A DNA stretch of 64,000 nt, from the NCBI GenBank assembly GCA_040954595.2, contig CM082586.2:1307124-1371123 (forward strand). Reading direction: 5' to 3'. This document shows positions 52,234-64,000 of this stretch, piece after piece. The notes under the pieces are model-generated. The model was given only the letters and a program-made list of their open reading frames with translations. It had not been told where the DNA came from and did no database searches. Positions within the stretch are counted from its first letter, which is position 1. Each line of letters begins with the position of its first letter. The position numbers were made by a program, and so were the translations under genes. The stretch comes from Balanoglossus misakiensis (lineage: Eukaryota > Animalia > Hemichordata).

Positions 52234-54957
52234 ATGCAGCGACGTTGTCGCAAACTTCTGTTCGCCATCCTTGTGACGCTTGCTATCACCAACAGTCTGG
52301 TCATCGTTGTACTTATAAGGGGGACTGTCTTCATGAGTAGTAGACCTTATAGGATACCCACGGGAACGACAGACGTCCATGATGTTCCGGTGCGAAGGGA
52401 TACCTTGAAACTTGCCTTGAATGAAGAAGCACCCGAAATTGTCGCCAAGGTGCACAAGGAAACCTCTAAGCCCGCTTTGAGTGAAGAAGCGCCCGAAATT
52501 GTTCAGAAACCTAATGCATCCGACCCTGTAAAATCTCTACCAGTGGAGAGGAACGCGGGAGACCCGCAGCTCAGTGAGACACACTTGGTGAAAACAAATG
52601 CCACGGAAGTTGACCTACACGATTTGGACTCGGGAAGAGCGGCCCACAACAAAACGAAATCCACGGAAATACAACCTGATCAGCAGCATGGATCTCGTCT
52701 GTCAGCTGGAAAGCAAGACACGCCTAGCAAATCCAAGGACAAACATCAGACACAAAATAAAAGCAAAGGGAAAAAGAAGATCAAATGGAAACCAAGACCC
52801 GTACACAGATCGGAATATCTTTGGCTGTTGGCAAAAAGTATCCGCTCCAATTGGACGTTCAATGCCAAAGCGGCCGGGACTATCAGGTAAGTGAAAGTAC
52901 ATGTAGTCAAACCTGTGTTAGTGGCCACCTCATGGCCACTTTCTTAAGTACCTGTAAAATTATCACGCGTATTCATCTATCTGTTTGTAAAGACCACTTG
53001 TCATTAAAGGCCATTAGGGATCAGTTATTAAACAAAAGAACCCGTTTTTGGAGGAGTCGTGGTAACTTTTGAAAAGAAAAAAATGCACACGCATGCAGCC
53101 GCTACTGGAATTCATTATCATTGATTTGTCATTCACAGATCTCTTCTGGAGAGCAAATGTAACACGTCAAAAATGATGGTGTCGACGCAGAAAAATGTAC
53201 TGCTGAACAAACCACTTTGGTATGACTCTAAACAAGACAGTATGATGATTACCCCAACTGTGTACAATAGGCTGGCAAAAGTAATTGATCTTCCATTATT
53301 ACCACCCTTGCAATATTTGCTGTGAACCTGGACCATACACACAGGCAATATTTGAGCAATGCCATCATGCCTTTCCACCAGCTGGTGTGTTACACCAACC
53401 TTTTCCCTCGACCTTTGAACTGGGTGACGTCAAGGTGATCCACACTAACCCACACACTTTTTTTCAGGATATTCCTTACAAGGAAAAGTCCTTCAAGAAA
53501 TGTAGCTTAGTTGGAAGCAGTGGAGTTCTGCTGGGGAGCAATTGTGGCCAGGAAATAGATTCTTCTGATTTTGTATTAAGGTAAGCATTTGCTATCTCTT
53601 GGTAACTCCCTTCCATATATGGGTGCGGTACTCGTTTTATTCTGCTCGTACACACCCACAAGTAAGTATATCGACATGAACTAATGTTGGTTGAAAAATA
53701 AAATCGTAAAAACAATGCCAAAAGTTGCAGCTCATGGGTCTTTAATTAAAGCACTGTGGGGCGGGGGGGGGGGGGCTCGGTCACATGAGATATGACCAAA
53801 CTAGCTCACCCCAGTTCCTCCCATTCAATCCCTGTCATAATAATTGAAAGGCGAGTATAATTGTGAAGCTTCTTGTACTCTTAAACTACTAGTATATCTT
53901 ATATGCAGCAGAAACGTGTATACTCAATTTTACTCCTTTGGCCTTATATTTCAGGTACAACCTGGCAACGGTTAGTGGATATTCACAAGATGTCGGCAGA
54001 AGGGCAGACTGGGTGACTTGTAATCCGATGAGTAATCTGGTCAAAGAGTAAGTAATGCAAGGGCGGGAATCACACAGTTGTGTGGGAATGCTTGATTGGA
54101 AAATACATACATGTATATAGTTGGACTTGGATTATTAAATGAACACACGAACTGATACCAGGCTAAAAGTAGGAAACTTCGGCCACTGTATTTTAGCCTG
54201 TTACACACGCTCTTGAACTTTCTCTCCATAGATATTTTTCCAAGGGGAAGAAAGGAGAAGAAAGATTCAAAGCGTACGTGACCAAGGAATATCATAACGC
54301 CACAATTTGGATGGCAGCATTCGTCCACCATAGGACCCCTGCACCAGCATTCAAGGCTTACGATTTACTCGAAGATACAGACTTGAGAGTTGTGTACGGC
54401 CACCCAGATTATATCGCCTCGGTGGACAACTTCTGGAGACAGAAATCATTCACCATAAACAGGGTCAACGCTTTGAGACCGTCATCAGGTAATAGGCATT
54501 TTCCAGTTTATGTCAGTGGTGTATCGAGACGCGATCGATCGTTTCTGGCACTCCTGGCCGCTGTGTGTATGGTCCACTCTTTTTGTTGACAAGTGAATTC
54601 TAGTCCGGACTTGAAATGCACTATTGTATTAAAGAGCAAGTACACCATGCTTCCACAACCACGAGTCACATCAGTCACTAATGAGCCGCACCACTCGCTT
54701 CTTTTTCAGGATTATTCCTCTTCACAACCGTGATGAGTTTCTGCGAAGAGGTTCACCTCTACGGATACTGGCCTTACAAACTAGATCCCGAGGGACATCA
54801 TCTCTACTACCATTATTATGATAAAAACGCGGTGATGCTCCTCCCTGAGCAGGTCAAGATGAAGAAACATGATATGCCCACAGAGTTTAAAATCTACCTC
54901 GATTTTCACAACAAGGGAATTATCCGATTGCATGTCGGGAAATGTGATGCTCCGTGA
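52234..54957 (+). CDS. Alpha-2,8-sialyltransferase-like, paralog C, 6 exons
   Basis: Exons 52234-52886, 53139-53280, 53468-53580, 53955-54047, 54232-54488, 54710-54957. [69 protein letters not shown]. Confidence 0.9.
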
Positions 54958-55522
54958 CAGTTGATCTTTCTTTTTCAGTACTGAGACTGCGTCAACTTTG
55001 GCCACCTGTTGTCTGTGCGACTTGTAAGAAAGGGCCAAATCATTATAATTTTAGATCATTATAGATTATTCTCTCTACGTTCTCAGGAAAGGTTTGGAGG
55101 TCTATCAGTTTTTTTTTAATAATCTTACTACCTTAATATATTTATTTCATAACTATGCTTAATTGGGACTTCAAAAATGCATTATTGTTTTCTGTGTATT
55201 AATTAAACCCACCGTGACAGAATTGTGAAACATTATTTCAAGAACCAGTATATAATAGTATTTACTCAGGGCGTTCATATACGTGCGTGCATGCGCACAT
55301 CAGGTGACCATTAGAATAACATTTCAGGGATGTGTTTATTTATAATATATGTAAGTTTTTACTGCATTGGGTAAATAAAACAATGAAAAAGATTGATTGC
55401 GTCATCGAGTGGAAACTTCTCAGGTCCCTTTAGCGCCCTCATCGGTGATCTCTTTTAAGTGATCCGAACATTTCCGAAAATCCCCGAACCCACCCCTTCA
55501 TCTTTGCCCACACATTGACAAA

Positions 55523-56834
55523 ATGGCGGATCTACTCGGTGATGATCAGCCTGACCAGCCACAAAACGCCGACTCTGGAGTCGAAGAAGACCCAGCTGCA
55601 GCGTTTCTGGCGAGGGAACAAGATCAGCTAGCTGGTATAGAAGACGACTCATTCGGAATAGATTCGTCAGAACCAGCGGCGGAGCAGCCAGTCGAAGGTA
55701 AAATAGGGCGTTTCCGGTGTCAAGTCCTAATACTCCAGCGTGGCAAATGTCATGACGGAAATTATGGGGGAATTGGTGAAATTTATTGAAAATTTCATTT
55801 TAAATTATCTATACTATTCTCATATTATCATTAACTGTTTCAAAAGCTTTCCCGTAGATGAGATGTTGTGGGTATCTTGTGTTTCAAAATAATTGAAATG
55901 AGGCTTAAAACGTACGAATGTGCCCATAACAGAAAAAATTAATTTCAGTCATATTGTCCTGTATTGATCCATTCCTTTTTTATAGACCTCACATTATTTT
56001 TATACTATAGATGCTGTTCCTATCCAAGATGATTTGGATTTTGTAGGAGAAGATGCTGGTATTGGAAATGAGGTAAGACTTCTCATGAAATATACACATT
56101 ATGTCTGATTTCAGTTATTCTAAATAAATGCAAATTACTTGAGTGAAATGGATGTAACCCAAGGCAGTAATAAAGTAAAACTGTTGTTCGCAGGTACCTC
56201 AGTCGAACGGGCCAACAGATCAGTATTCTGCAATAACACAGATGGACGTGCACCGGCAAGAACCAGAGAAGATTATAAGATGGCGAGAGGAACAGAAAGA
56301 ATTGTTAGCACAGAAAGGTGAACAACAACATTATAAGTACATTTGGTTGTCTTTTGGGAGTTGGTGTGATGATGGCAATGTTGTTTGGTTGTTTGTTGTA
56401 CTGAAAAGCCCTGTATGTTTCTGTAGATGCTGAATCTGAAAAGAGACAAGAAGAATGGAGGGATGTTGCGAGAAAAGAATTGGAAGACTGGTACAGACAA
56501 CGAGATGAACAGTTACAGAAATCAGCAGCAACAAACAGGTGAGAGCCATCAGAGTATGTAATGAACACTTAAATGTTGCTTATAAGGGGAGGGTGACCCA
56601 CCCTGTTCAAAGTGTGTATTCCCTAATGATTGAAATTAACGTATTGCTTCACTTCGCAGATCTACAGAAGAAGCGTTCATTGAAGAGCGCGACGAGACTA
56701 TTCCGGGCCAGGAGTGGGAAAGAGTTGCTCGCCTTTGTGATTTCAATCCCAAAAATAGTAAAACTACGCGGGACGTGTCTCGCATGCGGTCCATACTCTT
56801 ACAGCTGAAACAGACAGGAATCCAACGCGAATAG
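55523..56834 (+). CDS. Clathrin light chain, 5 exons
   Basis: EEDPAAAFLAREQDQLAGIE, EPEKIIRWREEQ, PGQEWERVARLCDFNPK, DVSRMRSILLQLKQ. Exons 55523-55697, 56011-56072, 56194-56317, 56427-56538, 56660-56834. Confidence 0.95.
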
Positions 56835-59800
56835 GCAGCTGTTGTCGGCCGAGTTCCATCTCATCAAAGCACGCGTTCACGACTTCGCGTAAAAAAATGC
56901 ATCACACGATGCTTTACTTGCAAAGGGATAACTGAAGGGAGAGTTTTGTATTATTTTACAAGTTTTCTTTGTTTGCCTTTGGCCAAATCTGTAAAATAGG
57001 TCAATCTGTGCTTTGGTAAGCTGGAATTCATTGGCTGTACTGAAAGATGCTTTCTTGTACATTTGCTAAACGGTTGGCATTTCACTAATTTTCACGAAGG
57101 TATGGTGTAATACCCAATAAATATGTGGATAATTATTGACTTGGGATGATAAAGTATGTTTAAATTACGAGATTATATTGAAAACATATTAAAACGTACC
57201 GGTAGATATGAAGAAAAAAATAGATATATAATTCAGTTCATTGTTTGTAGCCCCAACATTTAATAGTAAAAAACAAGTAGGGAGTCAGAAGTACATTTTA
57301 GGTTGCTACACATGGTTTGGATAGTCTGTTCTTAAAAATGTAAAAATGTTTCTCTTGGCAATAGTGCAGCCACAAGGCAGGGTGAATATTACACCAATAT
57401 GTAGTCAGTAAGGTCTTCAAGTTTACAATGCCATTATGCTGTCCAGCGATATAACTTTGATGTCATTTTAGTATCCAAATGATGTATTTATTGTGAAAGG
57501 AGTATCCAAATATTTAATATTTGTTTTGGTATACCGATACAGCAGTGTAACCCACATAAACCTGACTAGCCTGTGTCCTGATTATTTAAGTGGCAAAAAT
57601 ACAGAAATTGTGGAGTAGAGAACGTGATTGTAGATTAGGAACCTCTTGGGATATTGTCAATGTGATTGCTGATTTGATTTGCTGTGCTTTTACTGTGGTG
57701 TACTCTTCTGTCTGATTTTGTGATAGGATGTCTTACTTCGATGGCAATAAAGTGTACTGTGTCTCTCCATCAAATTATGGCCATTCTCTTGTCTTCAATG
57801 GATGCCAGAACCTAGCCACCCCAAACACAACACCGCAAACAGTTCTCTTTACAGTAGATTTTTTATTGTACACAGAAATACTTAAGGTGCAATTACAGAG
57901 ACTAGAGGAATTGAAGAGCGGAATTCTCAATCCTAAATTTTTTCCTGAACATTTACATTGTCAAGGGGAATAAAATCAAAGTGCTCATAATTTTTTTCAA
58001 ATACTTAAAAGTGAAAAAAAAATAAGTATGTACGTGAAAACAAAACTGGCAAAGTCGACCATAAAAACCAGATCAGCCATATTATTTTTTCTATGAAATT
58101 TAGGAAAAAACCTCTCTGAATGATGCATGTCATTGGTTCTAAGCAAGGATCATTTTTGATGAAATTGGATTTGAAAGTCAGAACCCAATCCAGCCCCATT
58201 GAGAAACTGATTCAAGAGACGATACAGGACACAAAACATAATCGCAGATCGTTGCTGGCAGTGGACAATGCAAGAAAACTGAAATATTTACAGCTCAACA
58301 CTACATATGTTGTCTTCTCGCTAACAGACTGACTCAGTACAGAATTCTGGTGCTGAGCAAAGTTCACAGGGAATACAAACATAAAGTCAAATAAATAAAT
58401 AAGTAGACTGCAATAGCTGAAGAGGACAAAAAAACCCACTTCATGGATTGGCTCAGTAACTATAAGGGAAGGGACACATGGGGGATGATTTTGAGCCAAT
58501 CAGAGATGGCCTTACTAAAAGACAGCTTTATACAAAATGCAAGGTTTATTGTGATTGTTTATCGTAGTATGGTTGACACCTGGGAAGAGATCAAACATTG
58601 ACTTCAAATCAGAGAGCTGAATGTAACACTGACTTGACAAGAGAATGCACAGGGAAGAAGGACAAGGTATAAGTTACACACTGAGTCATCAAGGAACAAA
58701 AAGGAGTAAATGGCCGATGTTTGATATCCTAAAAACAAGAGCAAATATTTGGATAAAAAGTCACAAATAAAGCCTTTATGCTTTGGATGTAACAACAAGG
58801 TTCATGTAAAACCATGAGAGGTTTCAAAAGTATTTTTTTTTCTTTGAAGGAAACTTCTATGTACTAGACAACGTAACTACCCAACCTTCAAAAGTAATTT
58901 TTAAACACCTTTTCTTGAAATGACTGGCACTTGACGAAATGAAGCAATATGCCCTTTCCCCAAAAACCAACAGCCCCCCCCCCCCTTATATGTTCATCTC
59001 CTTCCTGCGATCATGTAGTTAAAGATCGCACAAATGAAGAATGAACAAATAGTATATGGCATGACAAACATGGAATTCTAAGAAGACAGAATTTCGTGAC
59101 CAAGATTAATTTTTTTAAAAATCTTTAAAAATCGATACCCTTGCAGACTGCAGCTTTTATTCAGTTGTGAAGTAACATTTTTTTTCTAACTTCTTTCACC
59201 AGTTTCCCTGTACGTGTTTATAGGTCCATGATTTGCTGTCAGACAAATGAATGGCCCCAAATACGGCGAAAGGTTCAAACTACACCTATGAATTATGGGA
59301 AGATGGCGTAGTCAATACACCTCCCCCAAACATTACATTACCCATAATGCAATGTAAATTTTGAGGGGTGGGGGAGGATGCATGCAGCAATGAGATGAAA
59401 TAAGTATTTAAAGTTAGCTTGCATGATTTGTTTTTTGTTTTTTTTCAAAAAAGTGGTACGTTCACCGACTGCAACTCTTACTGAGATTTGATACAAGCGA
59501 GCGCAACATTTTGAGAGAGTTCAAAATTAGCATACATGTGGTAAGTCTGTGCCCCTCTGCCTGTAGGGTTAGAACCAGCTAGAACCAGCTGAAACCAGTT
59601 GCAGCTGAACTAAAACTGAATTTGCATAAATTAACACGAAAAACTGCGGAGGAAGAAATGAAGAACATATTGCACAAATTATATGTCATATGTATGTACC
59701 GGTACATGCATATGAATGTATTTATGTATGGAGAGGTGTGAGTGCACGCGAGTGTTTAGTGTGCATGTGCATGTACGTGCGTGCACGTGTGTCAGACTTG

Positions 59801-60375
59801 GCACTTGACAACGCGTAGTAAATCTAATAGTTATGAAGAAAAAAAAGAATCTGTACCCTGCTTATAACTGTAGCCTGAGTTCGTTTCATCTTATGTTTTC
59901 AATCTTGCTCCGAAACAAAAAGAACCACGCGAGGAGCCATCATGCAATACGGCATGAAATAAGAGCCAAGTCCGTCACAAAACAGTGCCTGTTGTCTTCA
60001 ACTAAACCCTTCTTTCGTGCAATAATCAGATCGCCTTCCTTTCTGGCTTACAAGCTATGCCAAACACAGTCTGGAAATGACAGCAAACGTGTGAAATTGT
60101 CCTGTTTGTGTTTATGAGGAGGTAAAGCACTGTTGACATGTACACCCGTATGGCGGACCCCGCCACCATGTGGTTCCTTCCACTGGCGCCATGACAACAA
60201 TACAGATAATACTTCAAAGTACACAAGGTCAAAATCATCGGTCACGGTCACGTGTATTCCAGATCCTGAAAGACTTTAGGAATTGACAGGGAAGTTCTGC
60301 ACATAATTCCGTAACAAATTTGTCCACACATGACAATTGAATTCACACCTGTTTATGTGGGAAGATGGATTTTAA

Positions 60376-60679
60376 CCCTTTCACCCAATAGTTTGGTCCA
60401 ATTCTTTTTTCACATTTCAACATGTATGCGATATGTTTTTCCTTAGTCTAGCATTATAATAATCCATAGTTTTCTATGGCAACGCTCAACAGGACCACAG
60501 GGGCCTCAGTGATGGGACCAGATGAGACAGGGCCGCGCGCACCTGCACTGACAAACCACCTGGGTGCACCTGGCCCCACCATTTTGAAGGCATGAAACAG
60601 AAAGACCTTTTCGCCAGCAAAAGGGCACTGGAAGAATCGGTGGCCACGGACCTCGACTGAGGAAAACAGGGTGAAAGGG
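60376..60679. mobile_element. ~304-bp piggyBac-like MITE
   Basis: TTAA|CCCTTTCACCC ... GGGTGAAAGGG|TTGA; perfect 11-bp TIR. Confidence 0.6.
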
Positions 60680-60719
60680 TTGAAAGGGAAGGATCCACCC
60701 ACATACAGGGTGGCCTTAA

Positions 60720-60806
60720 CCCCTTTCACCACCATGGTTCAGTCCAAATTCATTGTTTTCTATGGTAGGGTTAAACCTCTAAAGATGGACCTGGGCGTGG
60801 AAGAGA
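60720..60806. mobile_element. Short MITE copy (family of 13701 and 5546)
   Basis: TTAA then CCCCTTTCACCACCATGGTTCAGTCCAAA, closely matching 13701-13728. Confidence 0.6.
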
Positions 60807-62325
60807 TTGAAGACCCACATACAGGGCGGTCTAGTCCACATTTAGTCAACATGTGGGGTCAATCGTTCACAGCAGTTCCTGCTAACTTCAGGCTTTGAGA
60901 AAAGTGACTTGTTCTTAATTGAGAAGTGTCTGGATAACAGAGTTTCTTAGTTTCTTTGAGCCATGCTGATTTTATCAGTTATTACCGGTGAAGTGTTTGT
61001 CACTAAAAACTATATCCCTTTTCCAGCAGCAAAAAAAAACTTGACAAAGACAGTTATTGCTATGACACTGTCAGGTAGCCGACAAAAAGACCAATCTTCA
61101 CAAATATACAAAGATATGACAAACGAAAGATGGCTGCTCATGAACGCAAGTGAGATAGCAACTCTGACATTATGGACACATAATTTGAACAAGATTGGTG
61201 GCCATTTTTATGTCAAAAAATGTAATGAAGTATTGAACACTGGAAAGGAAATTCATGCAGCAAAAGAAAACCTTGTAAAACACCGAACATTGCACGTGGG
61301 GGTGGGGGTGGGGGAAGACAAATATTGCAGACACTAGGGGTGAACTAAAAAGGAATACACAGGAATGTTGGAATTATCAATACGGCTCTGAGGAACTTGT
61401 CACGGTCTCTCTTGCATTGTCCTAAAACTCGGTGATATTATTGCAAAGAAGAAAGAGGACAAATTTTCTAAAACACGTTCAAGGAATCATTAAGTTTCTC
61501 TAGTGGAGACTGAAAGCACTGTATAATAAATATTTTTTGTCTTATAGATAACCTCTTTAAATACAATATTAGTGTTTGAGTTCTGTACATCAAATGAAGG
61601 AGGAAAGAAGAAACAGGAACTAAAGCTGCTAGATGAAGGCTTCTAAAACTAGCAAGGGAAATAAGGGGACCAACATGGTCGGTAGATAAATTTGTTGTTG
61701 TTGACAGTCAAGTGTAAAGGTTGTGAACCTTAAAACCAATCCCTGTACTAGATTGAATAACAAGATCATGATTGGCGAGTATCCATTCTCACATTCACTA
61801 TAATCTTTTTTTTACATGTTTTCCTCTTTTTTTCACTTTTGACTTCTGGACGTACCTGACCAGCACAACTGTATACACTGGGTTTGTGATAGGTGGCAAA
61901 TTGAAATACATTGGAATTGAGAATATTAAACAGAATATTTACAAGAAAGTAAGCCTAGTTCTCTTTACAGTGGCCATGAAGAACCATTTTTTTTGACATT
62001 TTTTTGGACTAAATTGGATTGAAATGAGATATTTTATATTTACGGCATGACAGCTGCCATCAGCTACTCTGAGTAAGAGTTTAAATCACTACTAGAACTA
62101 CAATATTTCCATCACCAGCATTTATTTTTGTTTAAATCAGCCAACCCTTTTAATCGTATACTTTGATTTTTTTTTAAATTGGTAGTGAGCCCATGTTTCT
62201 ACTGTTAACAATAGTTCTAGACTCGTTTCTATAGTTCAACACACCCTACATGCTGAGAATGTTGGGCAAAAACAGCACCACCGGTAATTTTTATGTTTTT
62301 TTTACATCTTCTGGGTTCATCCAGC

Positions 62326-64000
62326 CTACACCTTATTAAGTTCTTCACTTCGGACTGCGAGAAGTCGGGGCGGTTCAGATTTCCGGGGATCTCCGTCGAT
62401 CGGCGATCGCCTGTCTTCCGTTGGCGACGTAGCGTTTATTATGGTCGGTTCGGTGTTTCTTCGTTTGATCTTCAGTTTTGATTTCTTAAGCATCGTTGCC
62501 TAGGTGATAAACATATGGGTTGGAGATGTGTTAGCAATTAATTTGTGGGTCTGTATTTCTTCGCTGTATCTTGGACTTCTTCAGCATGGTTGCCTACAGA
62601 AAGAGGGTTGGTGAAAGATGTTAGAATATGAAGGATCAAGCAAAAACACACACAAGGTTTCTACAACATGAAAACATTCACTTAGAGCACCAGCCACACT
62701 GTGCACCTCCAAAACTTAATCTCAATTCATTTGAATATTGTTTTGCACGCACACAGTGCAGCTGAATAATCAATGAGCAATGACTATAGAGGAAGCGTTG
62801 TCATTGGATAAGGAAAGTCATGTGATAAATCCTTCTAGTCATGAGACAGTCACATGCAGGTGGCAGAGACTGAGATTATTGTTTTATGATCAACTCCGCA
62901 TGAGAAAGGGAAGGAGGCCCTCACAGGCATGCAATGTTAGTCACACAGAAAATGAAACTAAATTTAGCATGATAATAGGGTTTGTGACCCTCAAACATTG
63001 ACAACCTGAAACTGGAAGAATTGAGAATTCGTCATTTGGATTATTGACAGCAGAAATCACAGGATAACTGAGTATGCATGACTAGGCACTGGCTAGGCCG
63101 GAACAAAAGAGACCAGCTTACCTGCAGAGCAGACCTGGTGATAACAACTTGACCCGCAAGCTGCATCCAGGGTTCTCCATCCACCTGCACAGGCATGTCA
63201 CTGTTCATCCAAACACGAATCTGTACAGCGGAGAAAGAAAAGTCAACGTTAGTGCAATCAATCTCTGTGCACTACTTGTCTATATTTCAACATGCATCTG
63301 TGCCAAGTGAGGAAAACTCTTTTTAAAATACCAAAAATCCAATGCTTGAAACATTATTCTTCTTTGAAAACAAAAGATGGCCTCCTTACATGTGATCCTT
63401 GCGCTAGACGCACTCCGGTCCGAAGACCACTCTGTATTTGCCCCATATGGACAATTCCCGTCAGCCCCACTACTTCCAGATTGCCATCGGAGGGCGATGA
63501 TTTCCTCCAACGTCCACTCCCATCGTCATCTTGACCCCAGACATCTGCCCCTGATCCCCAGCTGCAACACAAAGAGTAACACTGTCAGGTTTAATACCAT
63601 CAAGGGATGGAAGCTGCTGCTTTTGACATATCACCTGTATTTTCTTCTCGGTTCCCTAGAGCTCATTCCAACCCTCAATATCCTCCCATCAACACAAAAA
63701 CCAATATGATGAAAATTATGTTTCTACATCTTACACTGACATCCCATACAGACCCAATCTGATACACGTACCTGCCAAACTCTAACCCACCCACCCCTTC
63801 AACCATCCACCCAACCACCACACACCACACAACAACCCATCACCAACTCCCGAACAGAAAATAAAAACCCACCTTCCGATATTTAAAAGAATGATGCCCT
63901 CCAGAGGGGGCAATTCGAGTCTCTGGCCGTCCACTTCGACTCTCAAGTCTTTGTACAAATCTTTACATGATCTCCTTTCTCTTTGCATCATCTTCCGGAC
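62326..64000 (-). CDS. DGKQ: Diacylglycerol kinase theta-like, 3' part (runs off the window)
   Basis: [71 protein letters not shown]. Exons 64000-63873, 63561-63390, 63220-63122, then a terminal exon at 62593-62531 or 62499-62326. Confidence 0.88.

Noticed and set aside
60963-61337. 124-aa plus-strand ORF
   Set aside because: No motif or exon partners; lies in probable 3'UTR sequence.
1-64000. tRNA, rRNA or snRNA genes
   Set aside because: None recognised by eye; tRNAscan-SE and Infernal would be needed to exclude them.

Overview
Intron-rich animal genomic DNA. An invertebrate deuterostome is likely, inferred from the expanded alpha-2,8-sialyltransferase-like genes; the taxon is not proven. 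The ORF track mostly shows exon fragments, so genes were assembled by hand from GT/AG junctions. In order: a CHST11-type sulfotransferase; four minus-strand peroxisomal acyl-CoA oxidase (ACOX1-like) paralogs, all ending in a PTS1 signal, interleaved with a membrane-anchored COMT-like O-methyltransferase, a galactose-3-O-sulfotransferase and an omega-class GST; a small 2-TM KKxx protein; a ~1-kb TTAA-flanked non-autonomous transposon; a coiled-coil/C1q protein; an unusual 474-aa signal peptide + PX-like + bacterial-type SAM methyltransferase; three ST8Sia-like genes; clathrin light chain; and the 3' end of a DGK-theta-like gene with duplicated terminal exons. The most notable signals are the PX-methyltransferase fusion, the dense run of small-molecule and glycan tailoring enzymes, active-site divergence among the ACOX paralogs, and nuclear-receptor direct repeats at several promoters.
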